The notes beneath the pieces were generated by a model that was not told the origin of the DNA, did no database searches, and worked only from the letters and a program-made list of their open reading frames with translations. Shown here one piece after another: positions 29,949 to 40,000 of a stretch of DNA of 64,000 bases. The stretch comes from an uncultured virus (IMG/VR IMGVR_UViG_2540341072_000002). Lineage: Duplodnaviria > Heunggongvirae > Uroviricota > Caudoviricetes. How positions within the stretch are numbered: position 1 is the stretch's first letter; each line of letters starts with the position of its first letter. Where the stretch lies: the IMG/VR virus record IMGVR_UViG_2540341072_000002; one strand, written 5' to 3'. Both the position numbers and the translations under genes were made by a program.

Positions 29949-30305
29949 TTGACAGAAACGACTGAAAATGTCGTAATCACGATTCCAGACAAAACTTCAT
30001 TTACATTTCACGAAGCCGCAACTTCCCCATCTGAAGGTGAAGAATTTGTAGTGGGTCATTTTCGGGAACTTACTGTTAAGATCTCTGGTTCCTCAACTTC
30101 ACGAGAAATAAAGTTTTATGCAGTTGATGAAAATGGCGAAAAAACTGCACTTAGTGGCACCAATAAAACAGACTTCCAACTTGGGAGCAGTACTTTAAAT
30201 ACTAATGAGTATTGGGACTTCGACATTGCTGGATTGTTTAAAGTTATGTTCGAAGTAGTTTCTGTTACTGGTGATGTAACTGTTAAAGGGATTGTGGTGA
30301 GTTAA
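29949..30305 (+). CDS. yomS: Hypothetical virion protein, 118 aa
   Basis: AAGGAGGTG RBS, TTG start. Confidence 0.7.
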   Translation: MTETTENVVITIPDKTSFTFHEAATSPSEGEEFVVGHFRELTVKISGSSTSREIKFYAVDENGEKTALSGTNKTDFQLGSSTLNTNEYWDFDIAGLFKVMFEVVSVTGDVTVKGIVVS

Positions 30306-30306
30306 G

Positions 30307-31524
30307 ATGAGCAGCAGTAAATACGTCGGTCAACTCAAACAAAACAATATTCAGATCAATTCATTAAGAGGATCCAATGACAGAGCTGAAAAACATATGC
30401 TTGAGCATGAACAAGCATTAACAGAAAAAACAAATTTGTTTATGGAATATCAACAGAATGAGCTCAAGAAACATACTGATGATAAGTCTAATCCTCATTT
30501 AGTCACCAAAGAGCAGGTTGGTTTGGGCAATGTTTTAAATAATGTCCAAGCAACTAAAGAGGAATTTGACGAACATCTAAACGATACTCTCAATCCCCAT
30601 TCAGTAACTAAAAGCCAAGTTGGTTTAGCAAATGTCCTGAATGAAAAACAAGCAACTAAAACTGAATTTGATCAACATGCTCAAGATACAATTATTCATA
30701 TTACAGCTTCAGAGAGAACTACTTGGAATGCCGCGGAAAGCAATTCTAAAAAGTATACTGACGCACATTCTCAGAACACAAACAATCCTCATAAAGTAAC
30801 TGCAATTCAGGTCGGGTTAGGAAACCTTACGAATGATAAACAAGCGACAAAATTAGAATTTGATGCTCACATAAAAGATAATGAGCGTCATATCACTAGC
30901 ACTGAAAGAAGTAAATGGAATTCTGCTCAATTAACTAAAATATCAAGCGATGATGGTCAACCACTAGTTTCTATAACAAGCGACTTTCATTCTGAACTTT
31001 TGAATTCTCCTACTTTAACATATTTCGGATATGATAAGGCTGCCTTAGAAGCACCTCCAAGTAACGGGCGGGGATTTTGGACATGTAGTGCTGATAAACT
31101 TTATGGTCAAGCTATTGTTCTGACTAATGATAATAAGACTTACAGAAAATCATTGATAAACGGAGCATGGTCAAGTTGGGAACGATTGATAAGTAGCAGT
31201 GAAATTGATAACGTGCCTTGGTTAAGCGTTACATATAAAAATGGCGCAAAGACAGGCTCAAGGCCACTTCAATATCGTAAAGTAGCTGGGACTTTGCAGC
31301 TTAGTGGGCACGTTGTAACAAACCGAGATGTAGTATTTGCTTCTATTCCAACTGAATTTTCTCCAACACAAGGTGCTGTTAAGTCTGTTGAAGTGAGTGG
31401 AACTTTCGGCAGAAGTAAATTATTTGTAAACTCTAATGGTGACCTTCAGCTAAGTGGGGTATCAGCTGACAACAGTGCTGCAATAACGGGTTACTACATA
31501 GATGTAGTTGTTCCGTTGAATTAG
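30307..31524 (+). CDS. yomR: Tail fibre-like protein with NPH-VTK-QVGL repeats, 405 aa
   Basis: Three H..NPH.VT..QVGL.N..N..QATK.EFD.H repeats and a C-terminal receptor-binding-like beta domain. Confidence 0.75.
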   Translation: MSSSKYVGQLKQNNIQINSLRGSNDRAEKHMLEHEQALTEKTNLFMEYQQNELKKHTDDKSNPHLVTKEQVGLGNVLNNVQATKEEFDEHLNDTLNPHSVTKSQVGLANVLNEKQATKTEFDQHAQDTIIHITASERTTWNAAESNSKKYTDAHSQNTNNPHKVTAIQVGLGNLTNDKQATKLEFDAHIKDNERHITSTERSKWNSAQLTKISSDDGQPLVSITSDFHSELLNSPTLTYFGYDKAALEAPPSNGRGFWTCSADKLYGQAIVLTNDNKTYRKSLINGAWSSWERLISSSEIDNVPWLSVTYKNGAKTGSRPLQYRKVAGTLQLSGHVVTNRDVVFASIPTEFSPTQGAVKSVEVSGTFGRSKLFVNSNGDLQLSGVSADNSAAITGYYIDVVVPLN

Positions 31525-31534
31525 GAGGTAAGTC

Positions 31535-31885
31535 GTGATACAAGTCTATAAATATGACGAAAATTTTATGTTCGTTGAACCCCTAGTTGTAACTGAAATC
31601 GATGAAAAGGGAGATTATATTTTTCCCGATAATTGCACTTCTGTTCCATTACCTGACTCTCCCTCCTATTACCTTCCACGATTTGATTTATCAAAACAAG
31701 TTTGGATAGAAACAGCCTCTCAAGAATATATAGACAGCCTCTCACCGCCCCCTGAAGAACCTTCTGATGTGGAATTACTTGGACAATCACTAGCTGAAGC
31801 CAGAATTTTAATTTTAAAACAAAATCGCATAATCTTAAATTTACAAAATGAAGTTAAAAACTTGAAAGATGGGACAACAGCATGA
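31535..31885 (+). CDS. yomQ: Tail fibre assembly-type protein, 116 aa
   Basis: Follows the fibre gene; C-terminal coiled coil. Confidence 0.65.
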   Translation: MIQVYKYDENFMFVEPLVVTEIDEKGDYIFPDNCTSVPLPDSPSYYLPRFDLSKQVWIETASQEYIDSLSPPPEEPSDVELLGQSLAEARILILKQNRIILNLQNEVKNLKDGTTA

Positions 31886-32073
31886 GCAATTTTTGGGTTA
31901 TAGCCCTAAACAAAAACTGGGCAACTCTTGATCAGGTTAAAGAAGCTTATTATTACGATGATGTAACTAAGGAAGAACTCAAAGAAGGAGTAGACAATAA
32001 CTTAATTACTCCTGAACAATATCAAGAAATTGTTGGGGAAGCCTATACTTCAGTTACCTTATCTACAGAATAA
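31882..32073 (+). CDS. yomP: XkdX-family protein, 63 aa
   Basis: ITPEQYQEIVG motif. Confidence 0.8.
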   Translation: MSNFWVIALNKNWATLDQVKEAYYYDDVTKEELKEGVDNNLITPEQYQEIVGEAYTSVTLSTE

Positions 32074-32122
32074 ACACGTTATCATTGTTTGCTCAAAATG
32101 AGGATATTAAGGAGGATATTAA

Positions 32123-32623
32123 ATGGCATCAAAAAAATTGAATTTAAGTTTAATTGAGGAAAGTGTCAATAAGTATGACAAGAAAGAAAAAGTCCAATTA
32201 ACCGATGATGTACATGTATTCATCTACCCATACTTTTCTCCTTCTCGGTTAACAAAAATGCTAACTGAAATGATCTCTGATCAACAAAAAGCTGAAGATA
32301 AAGGTATTGATTTTAGTAAAATCAACACTGTTCAATGGGTATTCTTTTCAATTGTCAAAGAATTTTCAGATTTGGGGATTCCGAATGACATCAAAAATAA
32401 AGTTAAATGGTACCTTAAGCTTGTAGATTCCGAATTCTTCCCTATGATTATTAACAGTTTTCCAAAAGAAAGTATGAAGAAGCTTAAGGATGCAACAAAA
32501 GCTTTAGAAAAAATCACTGAAGACTTGTTAACTATGAGCCACCAGGAAATCAACAAGCTTATTCTAGAAAAGGTAGAAGAAATAGAGACTGGTTCTGGTG
32601 AAGTTAGTGGCGAAAACAATTAA
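32123..32623 (+). CDS. yomO: Probable tail assembly chaperone, 166 aa
   Basis: AAGGAGG RBS; function inferred from position. Confidence 0.6.
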   Translation: MASKKLNLSLIEESVNKYDKKEKVQLTDDVHVFIYPYFSPSRLTKMLTEMISDQQKAEDKGIDFSKINTVQWVFFSIVKEFSDLGIPNDIKNKVKWYLKLVDSEFFPMIINSFPKESMKKLKDATKALEKITEDLLTMSHQEINKLILEKVEEIETGSGEVSGENN

Positions 32624-33026
32624 AGATATCAAAGCTATGGTTGAACAAGCTGCAATTCAATCAATTCATAAGTCTTCCTCTAATGTGAAACAAATTATGG
32701 TAAAAACAGGACAAGAGCATATTGTTGAAGATGTTTACGGTGCATATGATCCCCTACTTTATGAACGCACAGGACAAGTTAAAGATGCCTTTATAACCAC
32801 CAACGAAAGCAACGGGGTGTCATTGGACAATATTAGAGAAGATGATGGAAAAGACATTGCTACAGTTATTGAAACCGGGCAGGGGTATACATACCCTGAT
32901 TCATATGGATATGGATACGGTAACCCTCGTCCTTTTATGAAGAATACCTCTGAGACCTTAAGAGATGGACGATTAACCGCAGCGCTAAAAAAAGATTTAA
33001 AAGCAGATGGTATTAAAACAGACTAA
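32607..33026 (+). CDS. yomN: Tail completion-like protein, about 139 aa
   Basis: YERTGQ...IETGQG...PRPFMKNT resembles HK97 gp10-like neck proteins; start uncertain (32598 or 32607). Confidence 0.6.
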   Translation: MAKTIKDIKAMVEQAAIQSIHKSSSNVKQIMVKTGQEHIVEDVYGAYDPLLYERTGQVKDAFITTNESNGVSLDNIREDDGKDIATVIETGQGYTYPDSYGYGYGNPRPFMKNTSETLRDGRLTAALKKDLKADGIKTD

Positions 33027-33039
33027 TGGTGGTGAATTA

Positions 33040-34041
33040 ATGACCAAACCAATTGAAAAGAATATGCTCAGATCTCGAGCAATAAAACTCCCCGAGGTCA
33101 CGGAATCAATGTGGGAGCAAGTAGATGAAGAGCACAGAAACTTGGTTCAAGAGTTTTTAGATGCTCATTCATTTAGAGATAAAACACGAAAGCAGTATTA
33201 CTCCTCCCTTCGCCAATTCTTTTGGTGGGTACATACCTCTCTTAACGGGAAAAAACTTTATAAGATCTCAAAGCGTGATTTCATTAGGTATCAAAGTTTC
33301 TTAAAGAATCGTGGGATGTCTTCAAGTGGGATTGCTTTAAAAAAAGCCGGTGTATCATCGTTAAATAATTATATCGAAAATGTTGTTGCAGAAGATGATC
33401 ATAATTATGAGAAATTCAGAAATTTCACCCGCGGGCTTCCAGCTATTCCTAAAACCACTACCTATGAAAAAGTTAAAGTTACATATGATGATTATAAACT
33501 GATGATGGACGCCCTAAAAGAGGACGAAAATTATTTGGGGATGGCATGGCTTGCTACTGCCTTTAATGTTGGCGGGCGAAGAGCAGAACTCATACAGTTA
33601 AAAACAGAAATATTAGATTACCCTGTTCCAGAGGGTCAGTCATACGTGATGAGTCATAAGGTATTTGGAAAAGGTAAAGGTGAAGGAAAACCTCTTGAGT
33701 ACATGATTAACACAGAAGCACTGGAGTATCTTCGCTTATGGCATGAAAAACGTGGCTATGATCATGAATACCTCTTCACTACTCAGTATGGCGGAGAGCC
33801 TAAACAGATGTCAGAGTCTTGGGCTGATTATTTTTGCTCTGATGTGTTATCAGACATCCTTGGTCGACGTATAAACCCCCACCTCTTTAAAGCTTCGTGC
33901 ATCACTTATCTCCTAGAAGTTAAGAAAGTCAAAATTGAATTGATAAGCAAATATGTAGCTCATCATGAAGATGTCTCAACAACAATCAAACATTATGATT
34001 TACGGGATTTTGAAGAAGAAAAAAATCAAATATTTGTTTAG
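33040..34041 (+). CDS. yomM: Tyrosine recombinase (XerC/D-like), 333 aa
   Basis: N-terminal core-binding domain; GGRRAEL (R), KGKG (K), HLFK (HxxK), AHH (H), KHY (Y). Confidence 0.9.
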   Translation: MTKPIEKNMLRSRAIKLPEVTESMWEQVDEEHRNLVQEFLDAHSFRDKTRKQYYSSLRQFFWWVHTSLNGKKLYKISKRDFIRYQSFLKNRGMSSSGIALKKAGVSSLNNYIENVVAEDDHNYEKFRNFTRGLPAIPKTTTYEKVKVTYDDYKLMMDALKEDENYLGMAWLATAFNVGGRRAELIQLKTEILDYPVPEGQSYVMSHKVFGKGKGEGKPLEYMINTEALEYLRLWHEKRGYDHEYLFTTQYGGEPKQMSESWADYFCSDVLSDILGRRINPHLFKASCITYLLEVKKVKIELISKYVAHHEDVSTTIKHYDLRDFEEEKNQIFV

Positions 34042-34043
34042 TT

Positions 34044-34373
34044 TTAAGCACCACAAATACATCCTGTTGAATCTCCAGTACTCCACCTTTTACAAAATCT
34101 ATTTCCGGTACAATCTCCAAAACAACCATTGTCCCCCATCGTTCCACAATGAACTAAGTTTAAATCAACTTCACTCGGTGAAATCCCTAAATATTTTGCA
34201 ACAATATGTATATATTCTTCCTCCTCCATCGGGGCCCAATAGTTCTTACCATCTATTTCGATAATTTTCCACCCGAATTTAGAATACATGTATTCTGGAA
34301 TGGATGGCATTTCAGTTTCAAAAAAGACTTTTTCTCCTTTTTCATATACTCTGATTCCATGGATTACTTTCAC
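34044..34373 (-). CDS. yozP: Hypothetical protein with six-Cys C-terminus, 109 aa
   Basis: GTG at 34373 after GGAGGAG. Confidence 0.75.
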   Translation of the reverse strand: MKVIHGIRVYEKGEKVFFETEMPSIPEYMYSKFGWKIIEIDGKNYWAPMEEEEYIHIVAKYLGISPSEVDLNLVHCGTMGDNGCFGDCTGNRFCKRWSTGDSTGCICGA

Positions 34374-34548
34374 GATATCTCCTCCAATTGATAATTTGAG
34401 CTTAGTGTTAACCATTAGAGAAATTCTATTCAATTCAGCATAAAATCCCTCTTTTATTCAGAATCAAGATTCCTCGTTTGAGGGATTTTGCTTATGTATA
34501 AAACAAAGAATCACTTTGTCCCCCGATAAAGACAAAGTGATTTTAAAA

Positions 34549-35235
34549 TTAGCTATTAGGTAAATCTACTTTTGCAGGAGTACTAGTCCACGGTTTGCCC
34601 ATTTTCTTTTTATGGGCTTTATCTTCAAAAAATTGAACTGTAGCATACTGATACCAACTATCAGTCATTGCTCCTTTTTCGTATAAATCATATTTATAAT
34701 ACGCATCAGGGATTTGTTCTTTTGCCCAATAAGAGAATAAAATAGTGGCAGCCTTACTCCCCCATCCCAAGCCAGGGACAATACCGACTAATGACATTGT
34801 AACTGATAACGCATTTTTAGCTGCTTTTGTATGCCCAGATAAAGTCCCCACATAATGGTATCCCTTTTTAGGTTTTGCAGCCTGTGTTGTGAATTCATTT
34901 GATTTCAAATTATTGTTTTCATAATTTGTTCTGTTAGCAGCATTTTCATCATACTCAAAGTTTAAGCCTTTTTGTTCTATGCCATCGACTTTTACAGTAT
35001 GATCATTTCCGTTCATCTGAACTTTGTGAGTTTCATTTCCACTCACATACTCAATTTCAACTAATTTCCCGTTCGATGAAATCTTTTCACTTTTCATTTT
35101 GTAATGTAGAGCTAGTTCTTCGTAAGAAGGGGTTGTCTTAGAGTCCTCCTTTGCAGTAGCGTAACCTGCAGGTAAAAGTGAGCCTAAAGTCAATGATGCA
35201 GCCATAACACAAGTAATAACTCTTTTCTTTCTCAA
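34549..35235 (-). CDS. yomL: Secreted protein, 228 aa
   Basis: Sec signal peptide ending ATA; AAGGAGG RBS. Confidence 0.85.
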   Translation of the reverse strand: MRKKRVITCVMAASLTLGSLLPAGYATAKEDSKTTPSYEELALHYKMKSEKISSNGKLVEIEYVSGNETHKVQMNGNDHTVKVDGIEQKGLNFEYDENAANRTNYENNNLKSNEFTTQAAKPKKGYHYVGTLSGHTKAAKNALSVTMSLVGIVPGLGWGSKAATILFSYWAKEQIPDAYYKYDLYEKGAMTDSWYQYATVQFFEDKAHKKKMGKPWTSTPAKVDLPNS

Positions 35236-35259
35236 TTGAAATCCTCCTTGTGTTACACC

Positions 35260-35436
35260 TTAAGAATCTGAATTACTAAATACTTGCTTAATTTTATAAG
35301 CAATTACAGCGAGGTATAAAATTGCAACAAACACTAAAACTCCAGTGCCATAATCAGTTTTTGCAACTAGAAAAAGACTTAACACACCGAAAATAATGTA
35401 CATTACAATATCAAAGATATTTTTCTTGTTGTTCAT
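35260..35436 (-). CDS. youB: Two-helix membrane peptide, 58 aa
   Basis: Hand translation MNNKKNIFDIVMYIIFGVLSLFLVAKTDYGTGVLVFVAILYLAVIAYKIKQVFSNSDS; GGGGGAG RBS. Confidence 0.75.
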   Translation of the reverse strand: MNNKKNIFDIVMYIIFGVLSLFLVAKTDYGTGVLVFVAILYLAVIAYKIKQVFSNSDS

Positions 35437-35781
35437 TTAAACTCCCCCGTTTAGCAATTGATTCCAGGTGCATATTTGATTGCAGCCCCAGTGTATTAAA
35501 TACTTACAATTTTGTCCAACCCGAACTCTCTGGCAATATTACTTTAATCATATTGCAAAATAATTTTTTGAATTATTTCAGCACACCTACTCTAACATGA
35601 TTCTTTTTTGATTTACATAAAAAATCGAAAAATTGAGTCATTTTTCCTTGGAGAATGACTGTGTATAAATCTTAAAAAGGACTATTCATTCATTTTGAAA
35701 ATTAGAGAAACGTACTCTCAGAAACCTAATTTCCATTAAAATCCTTTGCGTATTTGTCGATAATATGGAGAGGTGATGAAA

Positions 35782-36228
35782 ATGTTCAATAAAAAAGTAT
35801 TAAAGCACAATCTGGCTGAAATGAATCCTAAAGAATTAATAAAGTTTATCAAGCATGAATTTCCTATTAATGGACAAGATTATCATACACATGCAAGGAA
35901 AGTCCAAATAATAAAATCTTTAAGCCCGTCTGAATTATCATCTGCCATTGCAAGGATGGAAGGAATAAAATCGCAATATGATCCATCTAAAACTTGGGGG
36001 ATTGGAAGTTTGATTTTGGGAACATCGTTTATAGGATTTCAAGTATTATTTGGTGTGAATATATCAAAAATTACTGAGGGAAACCGATTGAATGCATTAA
36101 TTTACGTATTAATCACAATCATAATTTGCTTATGGACACTTCGTAATATTATAAAAGATAAAGAAAATGCTACAACTGCAGATTATCTCAAAGAACTGCT
36201 CATTCAGATAAAATCAGAAAAGAACTAA
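35782..36228 (+). CDS. yomK: Membrane protein, 148 aa
   Basis: Two hydrophobic helices, GAGGTG RBS. Confidence 0.8.
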   Translation: MFNKKVLKHNLAEMNPKELIKFIKHEFPINGQDYHTHARKVQIIKSLSPSELSSAIARMEGIKSQYDPSKTWGIGSLILGTSFIGFQVLFGVNISKITEGNRLNALIYVLITIIICLWTLRNIIKDKENATTADYLKELLIQIKSEKN

Positions 36229-36309
36229 TGATTTCACTTTCCATTTATACAGTTCTCCATGACTGGAAACAATGGTATAATGTAGGAAAATGATACCGGC
36301 GGTGGTTGA

Positions 36310-36993
36310 ATGGGATATAAGTTTATGGCTTATGGTGGCTATTTTTTATTCTGTCTTTTCTTTTTGCTAATGGACGGCTGGAGAGGCATGGGAATTTGCT
36401 TAATAATTGTAGGTTTAGCCCTATTAGCACTTGAGCCCTATAAAATTAAAGCCCAAAAAAATATAGATAAACTAAAAGAAAATGCGGAAACACTTAAGCA
36501 CTTCGACGGTGGTTTTAATCCAGACAATTTCTTTAATACTTACAAAACTAAAATTGCATTTAAGGAATCTGATTCCCTTGTGAAAATATATCAGCTTAAT
36601 AAAGATGAACATATTGAAGAATACACAATCCCTTTTTCCAATGTTATAGAATCCGAAATTGCTTTAGACAATCAAATAATTTCTAAAGTATCAAAATCAG
36701 GAATCGTAGCTGGTGGCCTGTTAGCTGGAGGAATTGGAGCTGCAATTGGAGGGTTGTCTGCCTCTTCAATACAAAATGAAATGGTCAAATCTGTCACGCT
36801 AAAGATTACTGTTGAAGACCTCGGTAAGCCTATCCATTATATCGATTTTCTCCCCACACAAGAAGTTGAAGGGTATAATATTCAGGGGTATAAAAAAGAT
36901 AGCAATGTCATTCAACAAGCACTTACGAATGCAGAATATTGGCATGGTGTTATGGATGTAATTATTAAGAAAGCAAACAAAGTCGCTCAATAA
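36310..36993 (+). CDS. yomJ: Membrane-anchored protein, 227 aa (recalled as linked to SPbeta superinfection immunity)
   Basis: N-terminal TM helices, glycine zipper [14 protein letters not shown], own extended -10 promoter and terminator. Confidence 0.8.
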   Translation: MGYKFMAYGGYFLFCLFFLLMDGWRGMGICLIIVGLALLALEPYKIKAQKNIDKLKENAETLKHFDGGFNPDNFFNTYKTKIAFKESDSLVKIYQLNKDEHIEEYTIPFSNVIESEIALDNQIISKVSKSGIVAGGLLAGGIGAAIGGLSASSIQNEMVKSVTLKITVEDLGKPIHYIDFLPTQEVEGYNIQGYKKDSNVIQQALTNAEYWHGVMDVIIKKANKVAQ

Positions 36994-37046
36994 CTGAGTG
37001 GCTTTTTTCTTTGTCCTCTCCCCTACTGAAAGGAAGTGATTCTTAC

Positions 37047-40000
37047 TTGAGTCAAAACCTCAAAATTATACTAACCCCGCAAGCTGATACCTCATCCAAA
37101 ACTGTCGAACAGTTAAATCAGCAAATTAAATCCCTGGAAAAGAAACTCAACTCCCTCAAGCTCAATACAAACATTGATTCTACAACCTTAAAAGCTCTGC
37201 AAGAATTCTCCTCTGCTATCGACACATATCAGAAAAACCTAAAATCCTATAATCAAACAGTTAAAGAAACCTCAACAGTAATTAAGAATGCTGACGGATC
37301 AGTTGAAAAGCTCACCCAGCAGTATAAGAAAAATGGTGAGATACTTCAACGTGAAACAAAAATAATCAACAATCGTAATACAGCATTAAAGCAAGAAACT
37401 CAAGAGGTTAACAAGCTAACACAGGCCACTGAGAAACTAGGACAGGTTCAAAAAAAGACTGTGCAGAGAAATCTGCAAGGACAGCCAACAAAGGTAGTGC
37501 AGAAAAACCGCCACGGGTTCGATGATATTGTTTATACAACTGATCCTAAAACTAATTCGACCTCCTCAAAAACTACAACTAATTATGACCAACAAAGGAG
37601 AGCAATTGAGCAGCTTAAGCAAGATTTAGAGAAGCTTAGACAGCAAGGTATTGTTACTGATACGACCATCTCATCTCTTGGCCGAAAAATAAACACAGCT
37701 CAATCCGCTCAACAAATTGAAGCACTGCAAAATAGGATAAGGATGTTAGATGATAAATCTGCGGCAGTTGCGAAGAACAATGAATTAAAGAAAACCATTG
37801 AATTATATCAGCGACAGGCACAAGTAAATGTTCAAAACCTAAATACACGGTATGGCAGTTCTATGGGCTCTAGTAATAGACAAGCTGTTCAAGATTATTT
37901 GAATGCAGTAAATAGTCTTAATGTAAGCACTGGAAGCAATAATATCAGATCACAAATTCAAAGCTTGAATATGCAATTTAGAGAATTAGCCTCCAACGCT
38001 CAAACAGCTGCTAATCAAGCCTCTTCTTTTGGAGCAGAACTAACCCAAACCTTCAAAAGCATGTCCACCTATTTAATCTCCGGTTCTTTATTCTACGGAG
38101 CTATCTCTGGACTTAAAGAAATGGTATCCCAGGCAATAGAAATTGATACTCTCATGACAAATATTCGCCGTGTTATGAATGAGCCGGATTATAAATATAA
38201 TGAACTTCTCCAAGAATCTATTGACTTAGGTGATACACTTTCAAATAAAATCACAGATATTCTTCAAATGACAGGCGATTTTGGGAGAATGGGTTTCGAT
38301 GAAAGTGAGCTCTCCACGTTAACGAAAACTGCCCAAGTTCTTCAAAATGTCTCTGATTTAACTCCCGATGATACAGTTAACACTCTAACGGCAGCAATGC
38401 TCAACTTTAATATTGCAGCAAATGATTCAATATCAATTGCAGATAAATTAAATGAGGTTGATAATAACTATGCTGTTACAACTCTAGATCTGGCCAATTC
38501 TATCCGTAAAGCTGGTTCAACTGCTTCTACATTCGGGGTAGAGCTAAATGATCTTATTGGTTATACAACTGCAATTGCTAGTACAACACGTGAATCAGGG
38601 AATATCGTCGGGAACTCCTTAAAGACAATTTTCGCGCGGATTGGGAATAATCAAAGCTCAATTAAAGCGTTAGAACAGATTGGTATCTCAGTTAAAACAG
38701 CTGGTGGTGAAGCTAAATCAGCAAGTGATTTAATTAGTGAAGTTGCTGGTAAGTGGGATACGCTTTCTGATGCTCAGAAACAAAATACTTCAATTGGAGT
38801 AGCTGGTATTTATCAATTATCCCGTTTTAATGCAATGATGAACAACTTCTCTATTGCTCAGAATGCGGCTAAAACTGCGGCTAACTCAACAGGAAGTGCT
38901 TGGAGTGAGCAGCAAAAGTATGCAGATAGTCTACAAGCTAGGGTAAATAAGCTTCAAAATAACTTCACTGAATTTGCTATTGCAGCTTCTGATGCTTTTA
39001 TTAGCGACGGATTAATTGAATTTACTCAAGCCGCAGGTTCTTTGCTTAACGCTTCTACAGGAGTAATCAAATCAGTTGGGTTCCTACCTCCCCTTTTAGC
39101 TGCAGTAAGCACTGCAACCCTTTTGCTCAGTAAGAATACCCGCACATTAGCCAGCAGCCTAATTTTGGGCACACGTGCAATGGGGCAAGAAACTTTAGCG
39201 ACTGCTGGGCTAGAAGCTGGTATGACTCGTGCAGCAGTCGCCTCAAGAGTTCTAAAAACTGCTCTTCGAGGGTTGCTTGTTTCAACTTTAGTTGGCGGTG
39301 CATTTGCTGCTTTGGGATGGGCGCTAGAATCATTAATTTCTTCTTTTGCAGAAGCTAAAAAAGCTAAAGATGATTTTGAGCAGAGCCAGCAAACCAATGT
39401 CGAAGCAATTACGACCAATAAAGACTCCACTGATAAACTAATACAGCAATATAAAGAGCTTCAAAAAGTTAAAGAGTCAAGATCTTTAACTTCAGATGAA
39501 GAGCAAGAATACCTTCAAGTCACTCAGCAATTAGCACAAACTTTCCCTGCATTAGTTAAAGGCTATGATTCTCAAGGAAATGCAATTCTTAAGACAAATA
39601 AAGAGCTTGAAAAAGCGATTGAGAATACTAAAGAGTATTTGGCTTTAAAGAAACAAGAAACAAGAGACAGCGCAAAGAAAACATTCGAAGACGCTTCTAA
39701 GGAAATTAAAAAGTCTAAGGATGAATTAAAGCAGTACAAACAAATAGCTGACTACAACGATAAAGGTAGACCTAAATGGGATCTCATTGCAGATGACGAT
39801 GACTATAAGGTTGCAGCTGATAAAGCTAAACAAAGTATGCTCAAAGCTCAATCTGACATTGAGAGTGGAAATGCTAAAGTTAAAGATAGCGTCCTTTCAA
39901 TTGCAAATGCTTATAGTTCAATTGATATCAGTAATACTTTAAAGACGAGTATTAGTGATGTTGTCAACAAACTTAACTTAAAAGATGATTTAGATCCTGA

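Noticed and set aside
30460..30920. Tandem repeats in yomR as a diversity-generating or shufflon element
   Set aside because: They are degenerate protein-level fibre repeats; no reverse transcriptase or invertible repeats are nearby.
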